Assembly (NCBI GenBank): GCA_937910425.1
Contig: CALEOJ010000232.1
Coordinates: 1-57,930 of the forward strand
Direction: 5' to 3'
Source: an uncultured candidate division WPS-2 bacterium
GTDB taxonomy: Bacteria; Vulcanimicrobiota; Vulcanimicrobiia; Vulcanimicrobiales; Vulcanimicrobiaceae
Length of the DNA stretch: 57,930 nucleotides
Below are positions 19,142 to 28,309 of this stretch, piece by piece (the first letter of the stretch is position 1; the number at the start of each line of letters is the position of its first letter). The notes under the pieces are model-generated. The model had not been told where the DNA came from and did not search any database. It saw only the letters and a list, made by a program, of their open reading frames with translations. The position numbers and the translations under genes were made by a program.

Positions 19142-19377
19142 TTACGGCCCTTCGAACAGCGCGGTTATCTCCGGGTTGACCGCATCAAAGTCCGGTGCGA
19201 TAGTAATCCGCCCCCGATCGACGCCGAGCTGCCGGCGCGGAGCCTCGGCGACGGGCACGAGCTTCGCCACGGGCTACCCGGAAAGGCAGATAATGATCTC
19301 GCGCTCGCTGCCCTCGCGGACTTCCCGGACCAGGCTCGAAGTTGCTCTTAGCATCATGCACTGTTGACGCTCTTCAT
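19142..19377 (-). pseudogene. Phd/YefM antitoxin, frameshifted with an in-frame TAG
   Basis: MKSVN/VHDAKSN../SLVREV..EIII..G*PVAKLVP../IAPDFD. Confidence 0.8.
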
Positions 19378-19384
19378 GGGACTT

Positions 19385-19397
19385 AGTCTACCAGACT
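19385..19397. promoter_or_regulatory. TA operator palindrome AGTCT-ACC-AGACT
   Basis: Immediately upstream of the antitoxin ATG. Confidence 0.5.
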
Positions 19398-19409
19398 TAG
19401 GCCAGACGG

Positions 19410-21110
19410 CTAGCCCTCCAGCCTGGCGCCTACCGACGAGGGCGCGCTGGCGACGGACTTCGCGCCCGCGGAGCCGGCCGCGGTGCGCAAGAACAGCAGC
19501 GACGAGCCCGCTTCGTGCGCGACCTCCGCCAGCAGCTCGCGCTCGTCCGGATCGTACGCCCGCCGTCCCGGCTTATCGCCGCACACGAGCACGCCGAGCA
19601 TGCGCCCGCGAGAGAGCATGGGGAACACCGTCCCGGCGTTGCCCAGCGACGAGGGCAGCTCGCCGAGATCGACGGGCTCCAGGCACGAGCGCATGCGGAC
19701 GACGACCGGGTCGTCGATCGACACCGGCAGCAGGGTCGTGTCCGCAGGCGACGCCGCCCCGGGCACCAAGATGTTGCCCAAACGTTCGTACGCGACGACG
19801 CCCTGCGCGCCGGTCAATCGTCGCGTCTCGTCGCACACGTTTTGAAGCAACCGTTTCGGGTCCTCGATGAGCGGGCAGTCGCGAATGAGCGCACGCAGCC
19901 CCTGCTCCGTCGCGTGCTTGGCAGCGAAGAGAAAGCGCTCGACGAACGCATCGACGCGCCGTTCGACGGGTTTGATCGACAGCGCCACCGCGAGACTGAA
20001 GACGACATCCACGGCGATGCTGTCGACCCGGCTCACGGCGAACTTCGTGATGATCGTCTCCGCGATTGTGAACACCGCCACGACGGCCACGAAGATGGTC
20101 GCATAGACCACCGCGCGGTTGGCGACGAACGACAGATCGACGACCCGATAGCGCAGCGCGACGTACGCGTAGCCGAACGCCATGACGAAGAGCGTCAAAT
20201 TCAGGGCGCCGTATGAGGGGATCGGCTGCTCCAGAATCGCCAGCACCAGGTTGATCATCGGTCCGGAGATGCCGACGACGGACGTCCAGAATACCCACCT
20301 GACGATCTCGCGATCGCGCGTAGGCAGACGCAGCAACGCAATCGCATACCCGAACAGCGGCACCAGCAGCAGGAGCTGAGCACCGAAGAGTACCGCGCTC
20401 GTGACGTCGCGCGTGGACGACGTCAACGCCGCAAAGACGTGGTCGAGCGTCCCGAAGACGATCACCGCCGTCGACGCGGCGCCGGCCGCGCGAAAGAACC
20501 ATCGTTCGGGCTTCGTCAGTGCGCTTCCGCACAGCGTGAGCATCGCCTCGACCTGGAAATACAGCAGCACGTATGCGACGATCGCGAAGGATCCCGAGGC
20601 GACGACTCTGAGCGGCCATCCCAAGATCGCGTAGCTCACGCCAAAGCCTTCGAATGCCGCGTAGCCGCACAGCGCCAACCCGGAAAAGAGGCCGAACGTT
20701 CCGTTGCCGCGCGACGCCAGCACGATGCCGATGCCCAGGGCCAGCATCTTGAAAAGAATGTCGCCGTACTGGGCGAGCTGGTCCCGTACCGCGCGCGGGC
20801 GCGCGATCAGGCGCACCGGAGCCGCCCGGCCGTCCCGGACCACGGGCAGGTCGAATGCCTCTCCCGGCGCCACGTCACGAAAGCGCGCGCGTCGCTCCGC
20901 CGTCGAGGCGGTCGTCCAGTCGTAGACGTCGCCGTTGCGGAGGCCGTCGCTCGCAGCCTCCGGCGAAACCGCCGACACCACCCGCCGCGTCGCATCGAGC
21001 CGATGGAACTGGAACTCGGGAACACTTCCCGTCACGTGCACGCTGAGGGCCTGTATGACGATCAACGCGACCGCATATGCCGTCAAGAGGGCGACGTAGA
21101 TCGTTCTCAC
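19410..21110 (-). CDS. PDZ-like + multi-TM + C-terminal GAF-domain protein
   Basis: GLRNGD (PDZ-like), several TM helices, YVALRYRVVDL, FPMLSRGRMLGVLVCGDK..YDPDERELL. Confidence 0.75.
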   Translation of the reverse strand: MRTIYVALLTAYAVALIVIQALSVHVTGSVPEFQFHRLDATRRVVSAVSPEAASDGLRNGDVYDWTTASTAERRARFRDVAPGEAFDLPVVRDGRAAPVRLIARPRAVRDQLAQYGDILFKMLALGIGIVLASRGNGTFGLFSGLALCGYAAFEGFGVSYAILGWPLRVVASGSFAIVAYVLLYFQVEAMLTLCGSALTKPERWFFRAAGAASTAVIVFGTLDHVFAALTSSTRDVTSAVLFGAQLLLLVPLFGYAIALLRLPTRDREIVRWVFWTSVVGISGPMINLVLAILEQPIPSYGALNLTLFVMAFGYAYVALRYRVVDLSFVANRAVVYATIFVAVVAVFTIAETIITKFAVSRVDSIAVDVVFSLAVALSIKPVERRVDAFVERFLFAAKHATEQGLRALIRDCPLIEDPKRLLQNVCDETRRLTGAQGVVAYERLGNILVPGAASPADTTLLPVSIDDPVVVRMRSCLEPVDLGELPSSLGNAGTVFPMLSRGRMLGVLVCGDKPGRRAYDPDERELLAEVAHEAGSSLLFLRTAAGSAGAKSVASAPSSVGARLEG

Positions 21111-21142
21111 TGAGCGAAGCTTGATGTCACAGGGCTCGTGGC

Positions 21143-21967
21143 CTACATGCGCATGGCCGGCACGCCGTGTTCATCCATGTCTCGGATGTGGTCGAGCAGG
21201 CCTACCCAGACGGTAGGCGAGATTCCGAGATCGCCGCGAAACGGATACTGGAGCTCGAACGTAAGGATCAGCATCGACGTGATCACGCCCGCCACCAGGC
21301 CCGTCATGACCAGATGCGTTCCCCGGTGCGAGGCACCGAACATGTAACAGAACACGACCACGGCGAGCGAGCCGAAAAGCATGATCGCCCACATGAAGCC
21401 CGACACGGCCGGTGACTGGTTCGCCTCCAGACGCTGCTCGCGTTCAGCATGCAGCCCGTTGAGCAAGCCCACGATCGTCACCTGGGCGTTCGACTCCGCA
21501 TTGGTCTTCGCGTTCATACCGCCCACGACGGTCGTCGCATCCATGATGTACGCGGCTCCTTTCGGACTTGACCCTCCTGAGCGCATCTCCGGCCATTCGT
21601 CGTGAATCATCAGGTTGACGTAGCCGAGCATGTCTCTGCGGACCGCCGATCGCGCGCGCGGATCCAGGCCGACCGCGTCGTGCCACACGCCGGCCACGTC
21701 GGACGCCTCAACGGCGACGCGGTCCCGCATCGAATCGTACTGCTGCCACACCACGACCGTGACGAAGCCGATCAGCACGGCGAAGAGCGTGACGATTGTA
21801 CCGCTGATGTAACCGTTGAGATCGTTATCGTCCAAGAATTTGGAATCGGCGACGAACCGGTGGACGAGCAGCTGCCCGCCGCACGCCACGGCCACGGCGA
21901 TGCCCACGGCGACGATGAGAACGACCCACGAAGGCAGCCAGTAAAGAGCGGTCATTTCCCCGGCCAT
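21143..21967 (-). CDS. DUF4239/bestrophin-like membrane protein
   Basis: LFAVLIGFVTVVVWQQY, LQYPFRGDLGISP. Confidence 0.8.
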   Translation of the reverse strand: MAGEMTALYWLPSWVVLIVAVGIAVAVACGGQLLVHRFVADSKFLDDNDLNGYISGTIVTLFAVLIGFVTVVVWQQYDSMRDRVAVEASDVAGVWHDAVGLDPRARSAVRRDMLGYVNLMIHDEWPEMRSGGSSPKGAAYIMDATTVVGGMNAKTNAESNAQVTIVGLLNGLHAEREQRLEANQSPAVSGFMWAIMLFGSLAVVVFCYMFGASHRGTHLVMTGLVAGVITSMLILTFELQYPFRGDLGISPTVWVGLLDHIRDMDEHGVPAMRM

Positions 21968-22130
21968 CCTCCACGCCCGCTCGTATCGCCTGCTGGGGCG
22001 TAACGCTTCGAGCCCCTCCGTAGCGACCGGCCGTCAGGCCGGTCCACCGTCACGAGTTGGCCTAGGACTCCAGAGTTCGAACGAAAACACGACGTGGCAT
22101 GAGCTTCGTGCGTCGTGGATCGTTGCTCGC

Positions 22131-22598
22131 ATGACCGTATCAACGCCGAGTTCGAACCTCGGCCGTCATGTGTTTGGAGTGGCGGCTTTGACCTTTGGCC
22201 TCATCACGCTGGTCTGGCACGACTACAACGATTGGGCTCAACTGCGTCACATTCTGAACGCTACCGACGGCCCGGTCTTTGTCTACGCCGCAGCCGCCGC
22301 CCAGATCTTCGGCGGCGCTGCGATTCAGTTCCGTCGAACCGCGAAAACGGGCGCAGTCGTCTTGGGCGCGGTGTATCTTGTCTTCGCCTTACTGTTCGTG
22401 CCACGAATCGTCGCCGCGCCGCAGATTTACGACCGCTGGGGCAACTTCTTCGAGCAGTTCTCTCTCGTGACCGGAGCGGTGATCGTTTATGCGCGCTTGT
22501 CATCGGCATGGACACCGGAACGCTTCATCGGATCGGCCGGATTCTTTTGGGCATCTGTGCCACTTCATTTACCCTCGAGCAGGTTTCCTGAGCGCTGA
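22131..22598 (+). pseudogene. DoxX-like membrane protein, frameshifted and truncated near 22520-22580
   Basis: WGNFFEQFSLVTGA; the continuation RIGRILLGICATSFTLEQ is in another frame and stops. Confidence 0.55.
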
Positions 22599-22637
22599 AT
22601 CGTACGGCGGCAAAATCACGCGAAAGGAAAGTACTTT

Positions 22638-23078
22638 GTGAACATCCGATCCAGGAAGCTTACGACGGCTGCAGCGGTTCTCGCTGCGCTCATCGGCAGC
22701 GTACAGTTCGCAGATGCCGCGTGTACGCGGCACATCTACAATAATAGCAACAAGCCGTGGACGTTCAGCCTCGGATGGTCGGGGCCGCCTCCGGGGCCGG
22801 CAGACTTCTACGGGTGCGACTATAATCAAGACCATGACATCTGCAAGGTGATGCCGCAGCAGACGGCGACCATCGCGTTTACCGGTGGAGTCGCCGCCAC
22901 AAATATGAACATCACGGACTCGAACGGGGTACGCCGGTCGTTTGACTACGACAATACTTCGGTGGCTGCGATATTCAGGGGGGAGTGCCAATACGTCCAG
23001 CACGACGGAGGTACAGGGGCCGTCTCCGTAAACGATCCGGCCAATGGCGACTTCAGCATCGGTGGCGACAACTGGTAA
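22638..23078 (+). CDS. Secreted hypothetical protein with 4 Cys
   Basis: Signal peptide ending ADA; SD-like GAAAGGAAAG. Confidence 0.75.
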   Translation: MNIRSRKLTTAAAVLAALIGSVQFADAACTRHIYNNSNKPWTFSLGWSGPPPGPADFYGCDYNQDHDICKVMPQQTATIAFTGGVAATNMNITDSNGVRRSFDYDNTSVAAIFRGECQYVQHDGGTGAVSVNDPANGDFSIGGDNW

Positions 23079-23147
23079 CTCCCCAGGCGCGGCCTCTCCT
23101 CGTCTATCCGACGAACAGGTCAGCGGCGAGACGCGGCAGGCTAGCGG

Positions 23148-23351
23148 TCAGAGCGTCTCTTTGCCGATGCCGCCGTGAAGCTGCTTGTCGATCTCGGTCT
23201 GACAGCCTTGGTGCTCGCAGCCGCAGGTGATGATCGCGGGGTCGCGTCCGTCCGGTGAGTCGCAGTAGTCGCTGCATACAGCTCGTGCGAGCGACACCGT
23301 GCAGAGGCACGCGAGGTTGTCGCAGCGTTTGGAGTCGTCGTCGGCGTTCAT
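23148..23351 (-). CDS. Metallothionein-like protein (67 aa)
   Basis: C-x4-CxC...C-x3-C...CGCEHQGC pattern like bacterial BmtA/SmtA. Confidence 0.75.
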   Translation of the reverse strand: MNADDDSKRCDNLACLCTVSLARAVCSDYCDSPDGRDPAIITCGCEHQGCQTEIDKQLHGGIGKETL

Positions 23352-23442
23352 GCGACGAACGTTCCCGCCTGTGGTGCGGCCTTCCCCGCCCGCCGGCCGG
23401 GACACGCAGGCGCTCGAACCTTTGCCTCGGGCTGTTCGATTG

Positions 23443-24096
23443 CTAGAACCCTTCTGCTCCGGTCCCCAGGCGTACGCTCCTCATATGCCATGAATGCGCG
23501 TCGTCGTTCCACGTCAGCGTGTAGATGTAGCCGTTCGGCATCGGCGTCGTCGGCAGCTGAGCGAGCTGCCCATCGACCTCGATGACCGAGCCTACGTATG
23601 GTGAGCACGCCGGCGGATTGCCGGTGAACATCCAACTCCGCGCGTTCGGAGCGACCGGCAGCCTCGTGTTAGCTACTCCACTGCAGAATATGTTGAGCGG
23701 TAATTGGCGTGACGACGCATTGACGACCACGATCATCGCTTGTCCGTCGTGGACGGTGTAGCCGACGGTGCGCGTATTCACGAGCACGTAGACGTGACCG
23801 CTCGTCAACCGCGCGAACTGTTGGGTCACCGAGCCGTCGCTTTGGTTCGTACCGAATGACGCCTCGTACGAGCTGTCGCAGTAGGCGTTCCAGTTATCGG
23901 CGTAGACCCCTTGGTACTGGCCCGCGCCGACCTGGAGCTGGTGCCAAGCCGTGTTGCCGGTAACGCAGCGCACCGCGAATCGGAGCGGCGTCGGCTCGAC
24001 GTTGTAGACCCAGGCTGCCACCGAATCCGCCTTCGCGATCACGGGAGTCGTGACGGTGAGAGCGCCGGCGAGCAGCGCGATGAACGGAATCTTCAT
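23443..24096 (-). CDS. Secreted protein with two tandem similar domains
   Basis: Signal peptide ending AKA; halves share V.N....L....C ... C ... G.(V/I)Y.L. Confidence 0.7.
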   Translation of the reverse strand: MKIPFIALLAGALTVTTPVIAKADSVAAWVYNVEPTPLRFAVRCVTGNTAWHQLQVGAGQYQGVYADNWNAYCDSSYEASFGTNQSDGSVTQQFARLTSGHVYVLVNTRTVGYTVHDGQAMIVVVNASSRQLPLNIFCSGVANTRLPVAPNARSWMFTGNPPACSPYVGSVIEVDGQLAQLPTTPMPNGYIYTLTWNDDAHSWHMRSVRLGTGAEGF

Positions 24097-24206
24097 GCTC
24101 GTACGTTGCGGCAAAGCGCGGCAAAAACCCTGTCGAAAGCGCCCTCCTGAAGCAGTCGAGCGTCCTGGTTGCAGGCGATCCGTCGCATCGGGGCAAACGT
24201 CGGGCG

Positions 24207-25745
24207 GTGCGCCTTTCGCCCGGAATCTCACGCGCGCTCGTCGCAGTGGTCTTCGTCATAAGCGTCGTAGCGGGGATCCAGACCGGCCAATATCGCTACA
24301 CCGAGCTGACCTTGATGGCGTTCACGTCGTACGCCGTCCCGCTCGAGGCGCTCAGCATCTCGCAGCACGCGTTCGCACTGTACTTCCTGATCAGCGAAGC
24401 GCTCATCGCGGCGACGTTCTTGCTGACGGGGCTCGTCATCGCGCTGCGCGGGCCGAAGACCCCGATGGCCGTGTTCGCGGCGATCGCGCTGATGCTCTAC
24501 GGTGTCACGATCCCGCCGCCGATGCACGCGCTGGTGGTGAACGCGCCACAGCTCGCAACCTGGGTGATGTTCGAGCGCAGCATCGGCTTCGGGCTGTTCA
24601 TCGTGTTCCTGTACGTGTTTCCGCACGGGCGGTTCTCGACGTGGACCGTGCGGTTGCTCAGCGCCGCGGTGCTGATCTGGACCGCACTGTGGCCGTTCGT
24701 CCCGGCGGTGAATCCTTATCAGCTGCCGCACCCCTGGCCCTTCGTCCTCATCGCATCGGCGTTCGCGAGCGCGGTCGCAGTGCAGTTGTACTGGTTTTAC
24801 CGCGTGCGCTCGCCGCTCGAGCGCCAGCAGACGAAGTGGGTCGTCTACGCCGTCACCGCCTCGGTCGCGGGCGACTTCCTCACGCACCTGCCGTGGCAGA
24901 TCCTCAACCTGCCGCGCGGCACCGATCTCGACGTGCTGCTGATCCACCAGCCGTTCTTCGTCGCGTTCCAGCTCGCGGTGCCGCTCGCGATCGGCTTCTC
25001 GGTGCTCTACTACCACCTGTGGGAGATCGACTTCGTCGTCAGCCGGACGGTGCTGTACGCGATGATCACGACTGCGGCCGCGATCCTGTGGGAAGCGGTG
25101 AACTTGACCAGCGCGAAGCTGATCGAGAAGGCGATGGGCCCGCAGGCCAGCGCATTAGCCGGCGGGACGGCGACGGTCATCACCGGCTTCTTCCTAAAGC
25201 CTATGTACGAGAGTTTCAAGAAGGCGGTCGACAAGCGGCTCACGCCGCCGACGCTTGATCTCTCGGACGAGTTTCCGGAGTTCGAGCCCGACGTGCGCTC
25301 GCGCTTGACCGTTCCGCACGTCGTGACCGCGCTGGTCGAGCACGCGCCGGCGCTCTTCGACGTGACCGACAGCGCGGTGTATCTCTACCGCGACGGCAAT
25401 CTGGTGCTGCAGTCGGCGCGCGGGTTCGGGGGCGCCTCGGCGGACGTCGCGCCCGATGCCGACGCGATCGCGACGCTGCGCGAGGGGAAGGCCGCGCGCC
25501 CGGAGCCGAACGACGAAGCACCGGTATACGTGCCGATCGTCGTCCCGCGCGCGAAGAACCCCGATCTGCTCGGCGTCCTCTATCTCGGCCGGCGCGAGGG
25601 AGAGAAGGGCTACTCGCAGCTCGAGATCGCGGCGCTCGAAGCGCTCGGGCGCAAGAGCGGAATGGCGCTCTACCTCTCGGAGGCGCGCATCGCGACGGGG
25701 CCGAATGCGCCCGCGCGTAACTTGGGCGTCGCCGAGAGCAGCTGA
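24207..25745 (+). CDS. Multi-TM + C-terminal GAF-domain protein
   Basis: YVFPHGRF, ERQQTKWVVY, LYYHLWEID, LLGVLYLGRR..GYSQLEIAAL. Confidence 0.8.
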   Translation: MRLSPGISRALVAVVFVISVVAGIQTGQYRYTELTLMAFTSYAVPLEALSISQHAFALYFLISEALIAATFLLTGLVIALRGPKTPMAVFAAIALMLYGVTIPPPMHALVVNAPQLATWVMFERSIGFGLFIVFLYVFPHGRFSTWTVRLLSAAVLIWTALWPFVPAVNPYQLPHPWPFVLIASAFASAVAVQLYWFYRVRSPLERQQTKWVVYAVTASVAGDFLTHLPWQILNLPRGTDLDVLLIHQPFFVAFQLAVPLAIGFSVLYYHLWEIDFVVSRTVLYAMITTAAAILWEAVNLTSAKLIEKAMGPQASALAGGTATVITGFFLKPMYESFKKAVDKRLTPPTLDLSDEFPEFEPDVRSRLTVPHVVTALVEHAPALFDVTDSAVYLYRDGNLVLQSARGFGGASADVAPDADAIATLREGKAARPEPNDEAPVYVPIVVPRAKNPDLLGVLYLGRREGEKGYSQLEIAALEALGRKSGMALYLSEARIATGPNAPARNLGVAESS

Positions 25746-25901
25746 TCGATCGCCGGTCCCATCGCTTTCTCGGAGACCGCAAGTGCTCCCCACCGAGCAG
25801 CAGGGGTACGACCGCGCGCTCGAACTCATTCGCGCCGTGCTACCGGAAGATCGGACCCCGATCGCAGGTAGAGAATCCCGGGCCAGGGGGAAGGGCATGT
25901 C

Positions 25902-26510
25902 ATGAGCGATCCGCGCCCTCTTCTCGTCTGGTCCGACGTCATTTGACCATTCTGCTATCTCGGCTCGGTCTGGGTCGAGCAAGCAGCGCAGCAGCTTGGC
26001 GTGCCGACGCGTTGGCTCCCGTTCGAATTGCACCCCGATACGCCGTCGGGGGGCGCGCCGAAACCCTTTAGCGATGAGCAATGGCCCGCGATTGAGCGCC
26101 GCCTTCGCATGCTCGCGCGGCAGGTCGGCGTTCCGATCGAGCCGCCGCGGCGCAACGTCAACTCTCGTCTCGCGCTCGAGGCCGGTGAACTCGTGCGCGC
26201 TCGTGCCGGCGACGAGTCCTCCGCCGCGTTCCATCACGCCCTCTCCCGCGCATTCTTCGTCGACGGCGGCGACATCGCCGATCTCCGGGTCGTCGCGGAC
26301 CTCGCCGCCCCCTTCGGCATAAGCGAAGACGAGATCCGCGCGGCATGGACGTCGCACGCGTATGCCGGAGCGATCGACGTCTCGATGCGTGCCGCCCGCG
26401 CTGCGGGCGTGACCGGTGTCCCGGCGTTTGGCTGGGCCGGATCCCACGCCGTCAGCGGAATGATGGAACCGCAGCGCATTGTTGCGATGCTGCGAGGCGC
26501 CGCGGGCTGA
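25902..26510 (+). CDS. DsbA/FrnE-family oxidoreductase selenoprotein (UPFC), 202 aa
   Basis: ATG 25902, WSDVI-TGA-PFCYLG in frame with WLPFELHP and GVTGVPAF; SECIS follows. Confidence 0.88.
25944..25986 (+). promoter_or_regulatory. UGA codon plus bacterial SECIS hairpin
   Basis: CTGCT/AGCAG lower stem, CTCGGCTC/GGGTCGAG upper stem, GGTCT loop as in E. coli fdhF. Confidence 0.8.
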
Positions 26511-26568
26511 CGGGTCAACTGCCCGCGGCGTTGGGATCTCGCCGGCCTCTCTCGAAGGGCGTTTTGTG

Positions 26569-26934
26569 CTATTCCTCTGCGAAATGCCGATCGATGCTCG
26601 TTCGCAGGTCCCGTATCGCTTGAAGCAGCGCGTCGTGCTCGGCCGGCGCACCGTTACCTAATCCATCGAACGCCGAACCGACACCCTGCGCAAACTGTGC
26701 CAGCGCGTCAATCTCGACCGGAGCATAGGCTTCCCCGCCGGCGCGTTCGCCGCAGAGCAAGAGCCCCAGCAATTGTCCGCGCCCAACCATCGGCAAGGCG
26801 AGGTCGCCCTGTAACGCACTATCGTACGCGTGCGGGTCTAAGGGTTTGTGCCACGTTTGGAGCGCGAGCACGGCAGCGTCGTTTGCGTCCACGATTGTCG
26901 CCGCCGGGCAGAGCATCACGGTGCACGACGCCAT
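26569..26934 (-). pseudogene. C-terminal GAF fragment of a third membrane-GAF paralog
   Basis: LALPMVGRGQLLGLLLCGERAGGEAYAPVEIDAL. Confidence 0.7.
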
Positions 26935-26963
26935 CCTGCGAGCGCACCGCCGGGCATGAGCGG

Positions 26964-27100
26964 TTAGCGGCCTGCTTCGTTGAGCGCGTCGGACTCGTCT
27001 GTGGCGTCGAGGCCTGCGTTCACCTTCAACAGCAACGAGCGCAGTTGGCGACGCTCGGCCGGCGCAAGGAGCTCGAATACGGCGTTCGTCCGGTATCGGT
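26964..27100 (-). pseudogene. MarR-like regulator C-terminal fragment
   Basis: VFELLAPAERRQLRSLLLKV. Confidence 0.45.
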
Positions 27101-27177
27101 GTTGCGTGGTGGACGTTCGATCCCGCCGGTTCCGCGCAACTGGTGGCGGGTGGTGCTGAGGGTGAGAAACGGTACTG

Positions 27178-27816
27178 CTAGTCGACGGTGCGGCCGAATG
27201 TCACGCTTTCGACTACCGAAGGCGGCGCCTCATCGACGAGCTGGCGATCCGGTTGAGCTCCGAGCGCGTCGTTCACGGTCGTGAATGCGAGGCGAAAAGC
27301 GACGAGCAGCGTTGCATCGAAGATTTCCCGCTCGGATAGGCGAGCGGCACGGAGCGTTTCGACGTCGTCCGCGGTTGCAGCATTCGGGTTCTTTGCGACA
27401 ACGCGTGCCCAGCGAGCCACCGCGATCTCGCGGGCACTTAGTGCGGCCGGCTCTTCCCCGCGCAGCAGCACGCCTGCTGATTGGGCGTCTACGAGTTCGG
27501 CGACCCGCGTGCCCCATGCGATTGCGCAGTACGAATTGTTTCGCTCCGCTGCCGTCGTGGCGTTGAGCACGGCGATCTCTCGTTTTGAAAGAGTCGTCTC
27601 GCCGAGAAGCGCCATTCTCGCCGCAAGGAATGCTGCATGCACGTCCGGACGCCATGCCCAGACGCGAATCAGATTCATGACATAGCCGTCCTCCGCACGC
27701 GCCTCTTCGTAAAGGGCCCGAACGGCGGGGTCTTCGGGCGGGTCTGAAAGGAACAATGCTTTCTCTCCGACTGGCCGATGTGCGCAGGGCTCGCTTTCCG
27801 TTCGCTCCGTTGGCAT
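27178..27816 (-). CDS. Carboxymuconolactone decarboxylase/AhpD-like protein
   Basis: GYVMNL..WAWRP, LSKREIAVL, SYCAIAWG, NDALGAQPD. Confidence 0.8.
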   Translation of the reverse strand: MPTERTESEPCAHRPVGEKALFLSDPPEDPAVRALYEEARAEDGYVMNLIRVWAWRPDVHAAFLAARMALLGETTLSKREIAVLNATTAAERNNSYCAIAWGTRVAELVDAQSAGVLLRGEEPAALSAREIAVARWARVVAKNPNAATADDVETLRAARLSEREIFDATLLVAFRLAFTTVNDALGAQPDRQLVDEAPPSVVESVTFGRTVD

Positions 27817-27887
27817 TCGTCTACTCCACCCCGGCCGCGCTCCTCGACGACCTGCCGCATTTGCGGTATTCGCCGACGCCTGTGCTT

Positions 27888-28292
27888 TTAAAGGCGATGG
27901 TCTGCCCGAGGTTGACGAAGATAATTTGCGTGATAGGGGTTGCAAAAGCCCGAATGAGGGTCGGTTAGGACTTCCACTCCAACATCCAGCTCGAGGTTTG
28001 CTGGGCCGGCGCAGTGAACGAAGCCGATAGTCCATTGGATCGAAACATTGACACGCCTTCGCCCGTGATTGACGATCTGGTAGCCTGGATTCGTGTAGGT
28101 GAGGGTTACATCTGAGCAGGCGTTGCCCGTGCACGATCCGACGGTATTCGCTGCAGAATGCAACTCGGTAATTTGATAGGTCTGAACGCCTTGGACGACG
28201 ATCGTTGTACGCTCTGCCGCGAAAACGACCGTTGAGCCGAACGCGGAAGCAAAAAAGGCGGCCAGAATAAGCGGCTTCCTCAAGCGTGTCAC
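27888..28292 (-). CDS. Small secreted Cys-containing protein
   Basis: Signal peptide ending VFA; CTGNAC and FCNPYHANY. Confidence 0.6.
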   Translation of the reverse strand: MTRLRKPLILAAFFASAFGSTVVFAAERTTIVVQGVQTYQITELHSAANTVGSCTGNACSDVTLTYTNPGYQIVNHGRRRVNVSIQWTIGFVHCAGPANLELDVGVEVLTDPHSGFCNPYHANYLRQPRADHRL

Positions 28293-28309
28293 TTCCGTAC
28301 GGTTGCGGT

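Noticed and set aside
19270-19285. In-frame TAG in the antitoxin as pyrrolysine or readthrough
   Set aside because: The gene also has frameshifts; simple decay of a Lys codon is more likely
22050-22085. tRNA-like words GAGTTGGCCTAGG and GTTCGAA
   Set aside because: Too close together; no acceptor or anticodon stems
27178-27816. AhpD-like gene as a second selenoprotein
   Set aside because: The motif is NSYC with no in-frame TGA
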